Origin: Antedon mediterranea
Lineage: Eukaryota > Animalia > Echinodermata
Direction of reading: 5' to 3'
DNA length: 64,000 bases
Assembly (NCBI RefSeq): GCF_964355755.1
Contig: NC_092675.1
Location: 6,505,812 to 6,569,811 of the forward strand
A program made the position numbers and the translations under genes. This document shows, piece after piece, positions 14,321 to 28,338 of the stretch; the stretch's first letter is position 1; each line of letters begins with the position of its first letter. Under the pieces are notes generated by a model. It was not told the DNA's origin. It saw nothing but the letters and a program-made list of their open reading frames with translations, and did no database searches.

Positions 14321-15181
14321 AAATGGGTCTTAAGGCAAAATCTGTATTTTGACATTATTAATTTTTTTTTTTATAAAAAGCATTTGTTCGAAGAAATCAC
14401 GTTCGTCCATGTTTACAGGGGGAGGGACCTTCATCTGTAGAATGAACAGCATTAAACCAGTATAACTATTGTCATCACAACATTAAAAATTGAAGTTAAG
14501 ATTGTAGAAAAAAATCGATATTTATCATCATAAGAATAATGCATTGTCAGAGACTCTAATACTTTAAACATTAAACATCATTTTAGAAGTTAGATTTTAA
14601 AGCGATATCAATATATGTGAAGCAATTACATGTTTATGAGAATCACGAAACCAATTAAAAATTGAAAAAAAATACACTCAGATTTTCGTTAAACTGTTAA
14701 GAGCAGTTGTATATAAATATCAACCTTTAGGTGGCCAAGTTAAAAAAGTAGATTTTCTTTAAAATTTGACCAGCGAAAGAGGTTTAGGTTGAAGCATGCA
14801 CAGATACAATTATTTTGGATATCTGTATCTTGTTGCCATAGTAACGGCCATTTGAAAAAATTACAGCATTTTATTGTAATTCTTCCTATTATTTCACTGT
14901 AAAATAAGGTAAACATTGATTTCAATAATACAAGATAATGAACAAAAATTGTCAGGCCTGGGAGTGGACCGTACCATTTATTTTTAATAGGGGTGTTTTT
15001 ACTTGTGTTAAACAAACACCCGAATTTTCCTCCTAACAGTTAAATATTATTAGAGCAAACATTTGCCTCAATTGCTATCTGAACACAAGAAGGAGGAAGA
15101 CAACAATAAGTATAGAAATCTACAATCAGGAGCTGGAAGACAAAATAATTCACGGAACAATTACGGAATAAACGGTACGTA

Positions 15182-15376
15182 AATGCCGGTGCACATTGAA
15201 TAGTACGGTAACAAGCAAAGCGACACACGTCAAACGTCAAACCGAACCGTAATTTTGACGTGAATTCGCTTGAGTTGCTCCTTGGGCAACTTTTCAATCT
15301 TCGCGCGACTCGCGATATAACGCTTGTCGCGTGTCGCTTCGCGTGCAAATGTTTAGTGTGTACCGGCGGCCCTTAA
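15182..15376. mobile_element. Small TIR element (MITE)
   Basis: Ends GCCGGTGCACATT…AGTGTGTACCGGC. It interrupts a segment that is contiguous in the homologous copy at 13730-13757. Confidence 0.6.
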
Positions 15377-16544
15377 TGGAGTTTGTGTTTCTTAAAAACA
15401 TAATTCACATATCTTTTTTTCCTCTTTTGTGCCGTAAACACCATTTGCCATTCGTCACCATAAATCATATCCTTTTCATTATTATCACATTTTTGTTAAT
15501 TTGATCAATTTCATCAGTAAAATTTTAAATCTTTTAAATTCACTTTGTATTCCATATTGCCTCTCTTTTTTTCATTAATTTAATTTGGTTATTCTACACT
15601 TACAATAGAAGGGAATTAAATACAAAGATGCCTAAATAATAGACTTGCTTCAAGTCGGTATTTATTGTCTTTTTAATATCATTTCACACGTCGTAGTTTT
15701 GATTTTTGTCTGATACTCCAAACTCAAGTAATACACGTATGAAACGCCATATGTGCAAAAATATTTATATTTTTACTAATATTAAGACAAAACTCCGTCT
15801 GGAGCCCAGACTACCTAAATAACTGCATCGTTAACCTGTTTGTTTCCAAACATCGCTATAACATATATAATAATAATAATACATAATAATAATAATATAA
15901 TAAATAAAATAATTATAATTATATATAATACATGATATCATATATATATATATATATCAATATCATAATATATATCATTTTAAAAATATTTTACATAGAA
16001 ATAAAACATTTTCCCTTTGTGAGTTTATCATGTTTTTTTGTCAATTCAGAATTATTATTTTACAATTTATGTATATACAATATAAAACAAATCAAAATCA
16101 TTATAATAATAAATACCGGTAACTCGTATCACAGTAATTTATTTTCTGATACAATAGTATCATATTAGAATTATCATATTAACATAATTGTATGTCTTAT
16201 TGTTATTATTCTATAAATAGTGAAGGCTGCAGATGTGTAAATATAATCTACTCGATTATCTCCCATTCCTAGTAGTAATTGCTTATATGACATTTTAGTG
16301 TGGTTTAAACTTAAACTTTCCTCCAACGATTCTGAATAAATTTACGACTAAAAAACAAATGATTTTCATTTTCAATTTCTCCACATGTCGCACGTTTGTG
16401 TTTTGTTTAACTTTCAGTATTCTATGTAATATTTTATAATTGAATTGTCATTTATCATTATTACATTCGAATATATCAGTACCCTTAATAATACGTTCCC
16501 ACTGAATTGGTATTGCCTTACTAATACACAAAAATACTCTTTTA

Positions 16545-16810
16545 AGCGTGGTTCCCACTAGCGACGCAACACAAGGACGTAACGCAACGCAAGTAAATTG
16601 ACCAATGACAAGCGATGGCTTATTCGCTTGTGATTGCTAACTGTCTATAACTTCGCTTGTCATTGGTTAAAACGCTTGCGTTGCGTTTACGTCCTTGCGT
16701 TACGTTCTAGTGGGAACCAAGCTTAACTGTCTATAACTTCGCTTGTCATTGGCTAAAACGCTTGCGTTGCGTTTACGTCCTTGCGTTACGTTCTGGTGGG
16801 AACCAAGCTT
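16545..16810. mobile_element. MITE with AAGCTTGGTTCCCACTAG TIRs and a tandemly duplicated right half
   Basis: TIR at 16545 and its reverse complement near 16723 and 16810; a partial copy starts at 19508. Confidence 0.8.
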
Positions 16811-17559
16811 TAACCAGTTTGTTTGACTAGTATTGCGTTTGATGTTTAAAAAAAATTTGTCGAATAATGCCACTGGCAGTCCAAATGCTTGTAGAAAAGC
16901 GGTTTCCCCACAGCTGCTCATTCATTATAGCATTATAATTTTGCTGGGTTTTTTTTCTTTCTTTTTTTAAATGTATTATAATCTATGTAAGCTTTTATCA
17001 TATTTTTGTAAAACATTGAAATATTATATGAATTAACATCAATAGGCCCCTAATACTATAACATGACATATTAAGTAACACATTAACATCACATATTGTT
17101 TTAATATAATACATTGGAATGCTTTTCCATTTAGCACCATCATCATTCATAATTCTTTTTAACCAGCCACACATGAGTGCGCTAACATGAAGAGCATTTT
17201 AATGCCTCCATTTCATCATCACAAATTAGCGTTTTTCTTTTTATCTTTTCCCTTTTATTATTCCATATTATATATTATGTTTATGTTATGGTATCTGTAA
17301 TATATTCATATTAGCAATTTAACGACTGGATTAGAGACTAATAAAGGAGTTCTACAAGATGGCTGAACATTAGCACATGATCTGATTTCTTAGTGAAATA
17401 CTTAGTGTTATCATTTATTCCCAGAGCAATATACTGTATAACAGTATCAAGAGAAATTATATAAAGTTGATTTAAAAGGCTTCTGATGGAAAATTTTACA
17501 ATTTTATAACATGTGTAAACATTTAAAAAAATCAGTTTTGATAGATATTCCATTTCATA

Positions 17560-18330
17560 TAAAAGTACTCTTTAAACAAAGAAATGGTTGTTGCATTTGT
17601 TATGACGTTCTAAACAATTCAATGTTTCAATCATGGAAAGCACAAAAGAAATGGGCAGAGAATAAATTTGTATTCAATAACGAACAATGGAAAACAATCT
17701 ACCTTGCTCTACATACGTGTACAATGAATATTGTTTTAATATATTTTCAATATAAAATTTGAAATAGAATAATTGCAACAAATGAACAATTATTTAAAAT
17801 GAATATAAAAGAAACTTCAATGTGCTCATTTGGAGATGGTCAAATCGAAAGCATTCAGCATTCGTTCTGTAATTGTCCAATAGTAAAAAGGATATGGAAC
17901 CTCCTCCAGAAAAACATTAAAAAAAAAACTGGAGTGCAATTTATTTTTAGTAAAGAAAGCATAATTTTCGGATACCAAGATGCGCATCATTTTTTTTAAC
18001 TTAAAAGCCATTAATGCAATTATTCTAATTGTAAAATCATTTATTTATAAATGTAAACCAGTAAAATGTAAGCCAAGTAGCAAAATGGTTATGAACGAGT
18101 TAAAAAGGTTTTATGAAACGGAAACATTTGGAGATGGTCAAATCGAAACCATTAAGCACTTGTTCTGTAATTGTCCAATTTAAAATCCATTAATGCAATT
18201 ATTCTAATAGTAAAGTCATGTATTTACAAATGTTAAATGTAAGCCAACTATCAAAGGAAAAAATTTATTTATCATCAGAATTTTAAGGACAGTATTTTTA
18301 CTACAAAATGGATACAATTAGAAACATGGA
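17560..18330 (+). mobile_element. Decayed L1/Tx1-type LINE ORF2 C-terminal fragment (zf-RVT region)
   Basis: Broken translation …FQYKI*NRIIATNEQLFKMNIKETSMCSF…ESIQHSFCNCPIVKRIW…IILIVKSFIYKCK, typical of the Tx1/L1 C-terminus; contains stops, frameshifts and an internal duplication near 18127-18240. Confidence 0.75.
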
Positions 18331-20237
18331 TAAATCAAATATGAAATTGTTAAAGATTAGAATAATTTTTATGAACCTTTATTTATTTAATTTATAAGGA
18401 GATGGATATCTATGTTGTTTTGTTTATTTTGAATTTTAATGTTATTATGTTTTCCTTTGTAATGTCTTATATGATGAAATTTAAAAAAAATGTTTTTACT
18501 TTTGTATATTTTGAAACATCAGTAATATTTGCAGCATGTTAATTTAGATAGTGCCAGACTTTTCAGGATTACCTATTTACATAAAATGTAGAGATTTCTA
18601 GTATTTCATTGTTTCTAGTCTTTTCTAGTTCTATTAACATCCCAGTTTTTTCTGGTACATTCTTCTTTATTGTACCTTACGTATATTCCTAACATTTATA
18701 TTGAGTGTTTTACCCAATTTAATTCTGAAGGCCTTCCAGTTACCAATCGAAAAAGCATTGTTTAAAAAAAAATTCCAGATACATAACAGAAAAGTTCAAT
18801 TATAACTGTTGTCGTTACCAACATACAAGACAGTATCATCAGCTAATTGGCTTATTCTAGCTTCAAGGTTGTTTTAAATATTCGGAAGTTTAATACCCTT
18901 ATAATTTTTATTTCTTATTCTAGTTGCCATTACCTCAAACAACTAAAATAAATAACAGAGCAGAGGTCAACCTTATCTAATAACTCTTTCCATTTTAACA
19001 TTTTTCGGAACCCATCCATTGTTAAGTGTGACACATTCAACGCGTCATCACATACGCCATACTTCTATCTACCTCGTGGGTCAATAGACAAGTCTCGCAA
19101 ATCGCGAACATTTCTAGTAAACACACTTTATAAATAAATCGTAAAAAATATAAATGTTGCATTTGTTTTATTGTTTCTTTTGCCTATCTGCATATTGAAG
19201 TGTTTCTTCAAAATACCAGACTAAACATTTTGGCAAATTTAAGCCTAATACAGGTAAAATTAGCAATAGAAGTGGTACCTATCTCTTGTATGTTAATAAC
19301 AGTAAAAACTCATGAGGTAGATTTTACCATGCACTTGTGACGTCACAGCAATTTACGGCGACGGCAGTACGGCGAGCGCGCGGCCAAATCGTAAATCTCG
19401 CGATTGTTCTAAAATCATATGATGTGCATCCCTAATTCGTTGTTAAAATATGGTTCTCGATATCAAGTTGTTCTTTAAGATAGAGTGAACTTACTGCAGT
19501 GAATTTAAAGCTTGGTTCCCGCTAGGACGCAACGCAAGCGAGTTGACCAATGACAAGCGACAGTTTGAACAATCCATCACTTGTGATTGGCCAAATACTT
19601 ACTTCCAACTTCAGTAACTGCAGCGTGCAGTGACTTAAATGTGGGATTGGAACGATAAGAGATATATTGATTGAAGTTATGGTCTCTGGGTATACTCTAG
19701 TAGCTAGATCAACTTTCGTATGCACTTTGAGGTCCAGAGAATTTGACTTCAGAAATTGGTTTAGGGTGGTCAAACAATCATTTTTGGCTTGGTTACACAT
19801 TTTGAAAATGTGGCGAAAGGTCAAAAGGTCAGGGTCAAAGGTTATAAAATCAAACACCATTATGTCCTTAAATCTCGACAACCACTGGTCACAGCGAGGT
19901 AATTTTGGTCTTAAATTAATCAGAAGGTATACATTTATATTCAGTCTAATGAAACATTTTAGTCGAAAATGACCGGAAATGCCATTTCTGACCTTTGACC
20001 CATAAACCAGGGCATGTCTGTATCTCCGTAACTATTGGCCGTAGTGACTTGAATTTGGGCTCAAATTGTTCGAAATATACATTTAGTTATTTGTTACACA
20101 TTTTGAACAATGTTACAAAAGGTCAAGGCCAGGGGTTATATGAATAAACACAAATAGGTATTTGTATCTCGGCAACCACTGGTCACAGCGAGTAAATTTT
20201 GGTCTCAAAATGTTCAGAAGGTATACATTCATATTCA

Positions 20238-22033
20238 TTTCATTTTTTCATTTTCATTTCTTTATTCGACAACAAGCGGTCCAGGGATTGCGACAGCAAC
20301 AGAGCACCATAACACATTTGTGTCCGCAATCCCTGTAACATACAACTTAATACAAGTTAAAAATGAATATAAAATATACAGAATATATAAAAAAATTAAT
20401 TAATTTGTATTACTGTGTTACACAATTTAAAATACTCCTATACAATTAAAATAAATTTAGCGTTGATCAAGCAGATATTTTTTCAATTTCGACAGGAAAT
20501 TTTTCAAAGGAAGAGTAACTGCTTGATCTTTGATTATGGAGGGTAGTGATGACCATATAACAGGAAAATTGTTGATAGACGAATATTTTAAAGTATCGGT
20601 ACGTGCAAAAGGGTGGACAAATGTGAGTAATTCAGGATGGCGTTGATTGATATGGATATTGTTATTTACAGTACTACAAAAAGTTACATTATAAAAACAA
20701 CGAAATATAAAGGAAATTAAAATCATTAAACGTCTATCACGTAAGGATAACCAACCCAAAGTTATTAAACGTTCGTCGTATGATATAGGTCCGCAGTGGG
20801 GTCCCAGAATACGTCTAGAGGCCCGTCGCTGAACCTGTTCGAGGCGTTTTATGTGTCCTCCATTTCTGGGGCCCCACGCCGGCAAACCATACTCTAGAAT
20901 AGGTAGCACCAAAGTTTTGTACAGACACGAAATCGCGTCTGGAGAGCAATTTCCGGCTACAGAAAAAATAAAACCTAACATTCGATTAGCTTTAGATATT
21001 AGATTATCGATTTGAACATTCCAATTCAGTTTAGAATCGATATGTACTCCTAAATGTTTATGGCTATCAACCACCGCAATTGTCTCACCATTAAGAAAGT
21101 ACAACGGCTTAACAAAGTTACGCTTTCTGGTGATATGCATTAATTTAGTTTTGTTGACATTGAATTTCATTTGATTCTTATCAGCCCAATTAGATAAAAT
21201 ATTTATATCATTTTGCAAATTAACAATATCGTTGGCATTTTGTCTGTGTCTATATAGTATTATATCATCTGCAAAAAGAAAACATTCAGAAGAAACATTA
21301 TGATTAACATCGTTCACAAACATATTGAATAAAATTGGACCAAGACAACTGCCCTGAGGTATACCCGATGTGACTGGAAGTACGGAAGAAGTAGCCCCCC
21401 TGAAACAAACTTTCTGATTCCTGTCAGTCAAGTATGAAGATATCCATTTCCAGATATTACCTTGAATATTAAAATTTACAGCAATTTTTGTTAATAAGAT
21501 GTCGAAGGGCATTTTATCAAATGCTTTGCTCATGTCTAAAAACAGAGTATCAATAATTGCTGGCTCACGTTTGTCAAGAATTTTTGACCAGTGATAGGTA
21601 ACATTATTGAGTTGAGTTACGCAAGATTTATGTTTGACAAAACCATGTTGATTAGGGTTAAGTAAACCGTTGTCATACGTAAAGTTATTAATGTTATTTA
21701 CGATAATCTTCTCTAAAATTTTACACACCAATGAGGAAAGGGCCACTGGTCTATAATTAGTTATCGCTGCCTTATCGCCAGATTTATGAACTGGAATAGT
21801 ATTTACACATTTCCAATCATTGGGCACAGTACCAGTATTAAGAGAAGTACGATACAGCAACCAAAGGGGATAGGCAATTGAATGCGATATCGGCTTGAGT
21901 AATTTGACTGATATTAAGTCTGGTCCAGGAGCGGAATTAGACCGAAATGTAGATATGGTGTCAATTATATCATTCGGACTAAATGAAATATCAGCAAGTA
22001 CAGGGATTTTAAGAGAACAGGGGGGAGGTTCGT
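20238..22033 (-). mobile_element. 5'-truncated CR1/L2-group non-LTR retrotransposon
   Basis: Direct repeat ATATTCA at 20231-20237 and 22034-22040; 3' tail AATAAA plus (TGAAA)n on the minus strand; 3'UTR stem-loop at 20282-20335; uninterrupted RT ORF. Confidence 0.92.
20457..22030 (-). CDS. LINE ORF2 reverse transcriptase (truncated; endonuclease domain missing)
   Basis: Motifs SAPGPD, NYRPVAL, QHGF, LDMSKAFD, GIPQGSCLGP, FADD and KHLGVHID. The frame stays open upstream of the annotated 21860 start to the truncation point. Confidence 0.92.
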
Positions 22034-24806
22034 ATATTCAGTCTAATGAAACATTTTAGTAAAAAATGACCGGAAATGACATTTCTGACCTTTGACATAC
22101 ATACCAGGGCATCTTCTTATCTCTGTAAGTACAGGTCGTAGAAACTTAAATTTAGTATCAAATTGTTAGAAATACACATATTTACATTCATTCTAACAGA
22201 AAATTTGGATAAAAGATGATCAGAAATACTATTAATTACTAATCTTTTAAATGAAAAACATATCTACCTAACTTATCATTAGACAGTAATGTTATGCAAT
22301 AATTGATGCTTAATGATTTCATTATACTGTAGGAATTAAAACAAATCCTTTACTGTTTGTAATAATTGTACTTTTGCTTATAATAATGCTAGAAAGTATT
22401 GTTGACCCCCGAACGTTCAAACATTTTGAGAATGCTAGAAGTAATTTACTGTAGTTACCCGAATAAAATCCTCTGGCATTTATTTATTCAGGGAAGGTGT
22501 TTATTTTGTTGGGTGTAATAATGGTAACATGTATAATCAAATAAATACACCCCAGATATATATATAAAAAAAATATATATATATAATAAGAATAATAACG
22601 GGATTAAACCTCATTCTATCCTGGAGGAAGTACAATCATGTAATAAAAGGTATCGGAGACCACAATAATAAACCAAGTCATTGTCATTATTACGTAACAC
22701 TGTTGCATAATAGTTTTGAATGTCAACGACAAAACTTATACATACACGTCTGTTCCCAGTGTAGATAATAAAACAATATATATTTCTGGAGATTTATTAT
22801 CAATACCACTAGAAACTTTGACATGTTTTAGGTACTGAATGCATTGACAATAAAAGCATCAGAAGTTTATCATGATAAAATCATACTACAACACTGTACT
22901 ACAGTACACAAGGGTGTTTTCAGGAAAGCTGGACATATTGTACAATAGTAATAAAACTATGTATTGGCATTTAAAACTATGCAAAAGATTGTTGTCAAAT
23001 TGTAGTTACAAACAAATAGATGATAGAATGAAGATCCATTATGAGTGCAATCGTGTCAGGATAATGATGTGTCATTGTTTTATATCATTATACTGGCACC
23101 TGGAGGAGAAGATCCATTTAATGGAATCTATCACTTTTATTTTAAAAGACAGAAACATTTCGTTAAAAAGCATAAAGAGGAAAACGAATCATGTAAAGTA
23201 CCTTTTATCAGTTGAGAAACGAAATACAATTATTAAAATTAGAGTATTCCTTCAAATAAACGCCACCATTCCCTCCAATAGAACACCATGTGGAATAAAC
23301 GCCCCGCCACATGCATTTACAGAATAATTGTATGTCGTCAACACATTTCATTAACTACCATAATCTACAATTTACCAAGCATTTTGACATAATTTTATCA
23401 CTTTTTGATATTAATTGTGCAGTATTTTTTTACATCTAGGTGGTATTTATTTGATTATACATGTTACCATATTATACCCCAAATAAAGATGCCTCCTTTC
23501 CCCCTAAAAACCCTTTTGAACAATAAATGCCTGGAGCGTTTAATCGGATACATATGGCAAGTTACTTCTAGCATTCTGAAAAGAACTGTTGAGCTTAACG
23601 TTTCTATCAAAATGTCCTTGGGGACAGCAATAACTTGAAATTAAAACAATTTAAAGTATCAGTTATTGCATAACATTACTGTCTATAGGATAAGTTGTGT
23701 AGATATGTTTTTTGTTTGAAACATTAGTAATAGTATTTCTGTTCATCTTTTAACCACATTTTCTATTACAATGAATGTAAATATGTATATTTCGAACAAT
23801 TTGATACCAAATTTAAGTTTCTACGACCTGTACTTACAGAGATATGAAGATGCCCTGGTATGTGGGTCAAAGGTCAGAAATGGCATTTCTGATCATTTTT
23901 GACTAAAATGCCCCATTAGATGGAATATAAATGCATGCCTTCTGAACATTTTGAGACCAAAATTGTCTTGCTGCGACCAGTGGTTGCCGAGATACAAGTA
24001 CCTTTTTTTATTTGTTCAAATAACCCTTGACCTTGACCCTTTGACCTTTTGTAACATTTTTCAAAATGTGTAACAAATAACTAAATGTATATTTCGAACA
24101 ATTTGAGCCCAAATTCAAGTCACTACGGCCAATAGTTACGGAGATACAGAAATGCCCTGGTTTATGGGTCAAAGGTCAGAAATGGCATTTCCGGTCATTT
24201 TCGACTAAAATGTTTCATTAGACTGAATATAAATATATACCTTCTGATTAATTTAAGACCAAAATTACCTCGCTGTGACCAGTGGTTGTCGAGGTTTAAG
24301 GACATAATGGTGTTTGATTTTATAACCTTTGACCCTGACCTTTTGACCTTTCGCCACATTTTCAAAATGTGTAACCAAGCCAAAAATGATTGTTTACCAC
24401 CCTAAACCAATTTCTGAAGTCAAATTCTCTGGACCTCAAAGTGCATACGAAAGTTGATCTAGCTACTAGAGTAGTAGTGATTATGATGATATCATGCAAA
24501 TTAATATAACTGATCAACTGCTGAGAATAAGTTACAATTTTTCGATATTCGTTGAAATTTGTTTGTGTTTTACACAGGACACAACTGCTGACCTGTAGTA
24601 AGAGAAACAAATCAGAATAGAATTTCCAGAGTTTATAAAATAAGAACTGACATCAATAAATCAAGAAAATCGTAGATAGTAGGTACAAACGTCGGTATAT
24701 TTGTTTATCGTTTTTTCAGATATATTATTGATCCTTTTTGCGACACCATAATTTAATTAACTGTAGGCCTACATATTTCTTATTTAGACCTGAAGAAATT
24801 TCGAAA

Positions 24807-25698
24807 ATGAGCTTTCTAGTCACCGTGGATAAAATTCAACAAGTGTTGATGGTGCTCTGTGTTGCAAGTTTGAGTATTGTGGGTACTGGCGGAAACATGT
24901 TCACCATTTTCACTATCCTCACTAAGAAATCACTAAGGATGAAAACTGTCAACTATTTTATAATTAATCTAGCAGTAAGTGACCTACTAACCACTGGTGT
25001 ATTATGCCCAGGGTGGGTTGCTTCTTTAATTTATAAACGATGTGTATTTTCTGATCTTTCCTGTACCATAAATGGCATCATGTTATCTATTGCAACAATT
25101 TCATCTATTTATACATTTGTATTAATATCATTTAGTCGATTTCTATGTTATTTACAAAAATGTCTACGGGAAAATATTTAAAAGTGTTACAAGTATTTTC
25201 ATGTGTGTGTTTACATGGATATTATCTATAACTTTAATATTTATATCTAATTCAAATAATGTTAATATAGAGTTTCACAAAGGCATGCTAATGTGTGCAT
25301 ATCCTAGTGGATCCGGAAGCAAGATTCCGGTTCTAAGTAGCATGACATTATGTTGTTTCATTGCAAGTTGTGTGTTCTACGGATTACTTTTTAGACATGT
25401 TCGTAAAAACCGCATACAAGACTTGACAACCAAGAAAAATCCTGACATTTCTATGTTTAAAACATTTTTCATTTTGTTTGTTATGTTCTGTTTGACATAT
25501 ATACCTTGTTCAATCATGAAACTCAAAGAGGTTAATGACGAATCCTTATCGTACCTTTGGCAAGCCGCTATGTTGATATTAGTATCAAATTCTTGCATGA
25601 ATCCTTTCGTATATGGTTGGCGAAACAAAATAATAAGACAGTCATTCCTGAAATTAGTTCAGTGTCAGAATACCGTACATGAATCCCCCACAACGTAA
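24807..25698 (+). pseudogene. Frameshifted class A (rhodopsin-like) orphan GPCR, paralog of 35804-36670
   Basis: Alignment to the intact copy shows a 2-nt loss near 25142 (CGA TTT --C TAT vs CGA TTT GTA TAT), which splits the ORF in two; GN, NLAVSD and NPFVY motifs are retained. Confidence 0.85.
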
Positions 25699-25818
25699 CA
25701 ATCACCCACAACGTAACAGTCAACCACTGACGTAAGATTAACCACTGACGTAACAATTTCATCAACCACAATACTTTATTAACACAATTTAAGCACTAAC
25801 GTACCAACATATAATATA

Positions 25819-27482
25819 CTAGCAGTTATACCCGCCCCAGGGCGGGTTTCAAAATTAGTTTACAGCCTTCTCAGTACATAACACCCGACGCCAGTATATG
25901 CCTATACTCACCAACCTCCACCCTCTTTTCAATACCACCCCATACTCTTTCTTAAAAACAAATTATTCCCAGTGATGGACAAATTCAATTCAACCTAAGC
26001 TTCAAATTGAGAGGAGTATACCATAGCTATGATGGGTCTAATAATGGTTGAAGTACGTTGTAAATTGTGTAAATGAATAGGTGTCATATTGGCTGATAAT
26101 TAAAATATCTAACTTAGATACTGCGGCCCCCCATAGCTATGATGGGTCTAATAATGGTTGAAGTACGTTGTAAATTGTGTAAATGAATAGGTGTCATATT
26201 GGCTGATAATTAAAACCCATAATCCCTCAGTGGCAGTTGTCAAATGTAGTTTAAAACATTCGAAATACAGTTTCGGTCATTGTGATAGGCATACATCCCC
26301 ACCCCAAACTCCCATCCGCTTCCTACTACAATCCTGGTGTAAGCTAAATCCCCACTATCCCCTGAACCCTATCTCCCAACCCCACTCTCCCACAATTGAC
26401 GTTTTTTCCTTGGAGGCATGGTAACAGTAAACAACGTGTGTATGTTCCTCCAGCCTTCTTTCTCCTTTCACCACCCCAGCCACCATCAACAAACCAAATT
26501 TAGTAACTTTTCCTAGTACAATTCAATAGGCTACTTCATTACGCTAGTATTTTCGCTCCTCCTCTCCCTACTATACTACACCCCAGTACAAATTATGTTA
26601 TTATCACTCCCAACCCATAATCCCTCAGTGGCAGTTTTCAAATGTAGTTTAAAACATTCCAAATACAGTTTCGGTCATGGTGATAGGCCTACATCCCCAC
26701 CCCAAAGTCCCATCTGCTTCCCATGGATGATTAAATACTTTAACATTTTCCAACCACAATTCTGGTGTAAGAAAAATCCCCTGAACCCAAACCCTATCTC
26801 CCAACCCCACTCTCCCACAATTGACGTTTTTTTCTTGGAGGATTGGTGATGTAGTTGAACAGTAAACATCATGTGTATGTTCACACAGGTATGGATGTCT
26901 GTAATGAGACAATCCAAGAGACCGATACATAGCTGGATATGGTTAAAGTACTTTGCTAAATGTGTAATTGAATAGGTGTCATATTGGTTAATGAATAAAA
27001 TATGTATATATATATCTATATTTCCCCAAACGCCTTGCTGAGGATAATTCAAAACTTTTGTAGTATATATTGTACAATTCGATAGCCTACAACCCCGAGC
27101 CGTAGCAAAAATGTGACATCACAAACCACCACACCCACCTCCCCCCACCCTCCCACAAAAACCCCAGGAGTCGGGGGAATTTTTTTAAATGTAGTTTAAA
27201 ACCTTCCGGGTACAATTGCCATCATTTTGATACCCCATACGTATGGTTACGTGCAGAAACAGAAATTTGTATAACGAACAAACATCGAAAGTGGGGGTTT
27301 TGACCACATTTTGGTCCCTAACTTGAATCCTAGGTGGCGGATGATGTTGAAATATAGCTTAGAACATTCCCGGTACAATTGCGGTCATTTTGATACCCCA
27401 TATGTAAGATTATGTGCAGTAACAAAATTTTGTATAACGAACAAACAGACAAACAGACAAACTCTCTCACTTATAATATAGA
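25819..27482 (-). mobile_element. Non-autonomous Helitron
   Basis: On the minus strand it starts A|TCTATATTATAAG with a (GTTT/GTCT) microsatellite and ends with hairpin CCCGCCCTGGGGCGGG then CTAG|T. Inserted between A and T, no TSD, with internal tandem duplications. Confidence 0.85.
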
Positions 27483-28266
27483 TAAACACAATAGGCATAG
27501 AAATTATTTCTAAACCGCCCGGTGTGATATACTCGAAATTTAATTAATTAATTTGGAATGATGCAAAAAGCTAAATCAAAACGATAAAGTAAAACAGCCA
27601 GAAAAAATAGCAGAGCTTTCGGGCAACAGTCTATGTCTTGTCAGATATTTTAAAATAAAAATGTGGTCATAATGTCAGCATTCATTTTTTACAACCGTAG
27701 AATGGGCTTTTATTTTCCACGAATTTGAATTTGTGTCACAACGTTATTGATATTGAGAGCTTCATGTCTATGAATATCTGTCTGGCTGTCTGTCCATCAT
27801 TCTGTTATAATGTTAAACCTTTCGATCTACTGTATTTAATATATGAAGATTTATGTCTATAGTAATAATTGTCGATAGATACGTTGTCGTTGTCATTAAT
27901 CAAAATAATATACTATTTAGTATATATTTAATATAAGTTGCAGAAATTGTAATAAAATATTGTTACTTCACAACAATTGTATCAGTAGATAAAAGTGGCC
28001 AAAAGTATTCAAAATTGCGTGTATTTAATTGCTTGATGTTTGGTATTATACTTATTACACTAAAAATGTGGGTTACAGAAAGTTTTTTAATCCATTTAAA
28101 TTACAAATAAATATGGTAATAAGCACAAAGAAAAATAAACATGTGTAAAAGTGATAATTACCGATTACACAAAATAAGTATTAAAAAAAATAATAAAAAT
28201 AAGATATACTGTGTATAATTATCATATTGCGTATAGAGTACTTTTCACCATAACGTTTAAAAAAAA

Positions 28267-28338
28267 GGTTTCGTCCGGGCTCGAACCAGGTACCTTCTGC
28301 GTGTTAAGCAAACGTGATAACCACTACGCCAAGAATCC
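28267..28338 (-). pseudogene. tRNA-Val(AAC)-like cassette type B (further copies 29069-29140, 29589-29660)
   Basis: GGATTCTTGGCGTAGTGGTTATCACGTTTGCTTAACACGCAGAAGGTACCTGGTTCGAGCCCGGACGAAACC followed by oligo-T. A and B boxes are intact; the acceptor stem has two mismatches. Confidence 0.75.

Larger units (their letters stand above)
19695..24471. mobile_element. Foldback-like non-autonomous DNA element with ~800-bp TIRs and TA flanks; contains a nested LINE
   Basis: TA|CTCTAGTAGCTAGATCAAC… and …GTTGATCTAGCTACTAGAG|TA. The left arm (19695-20237 plus 22041-~22315) is the reverse complement of the right arm (~23655-24471). Arms contain ~300-bp subrepeats rich in AAAGGTCA. Confidence 0.85.

Noticed and set aside
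20457-21860. Reverse transcriptase flanked by long inverted repeats as a possible novel RT system (retron/DGR-like or TIR-bounded retroelement)
   Set aside because: The RT has CR1/L2 LINE motifs, its own 3' tail and flanking direct repeat, and it interrupts one arm of the inverted repeat. It is a secondary insertion, not cargo.
19522-24610. Mirror ORFs (…LAWLHILKMWRKVKRSG…) at 19667 and 24195, and the 151-aa ORF 22872-23327
   Set aside because: The first two are chance translations of the two TIR arms; the spacer ORF shows no recognisable transposase or domain motif.
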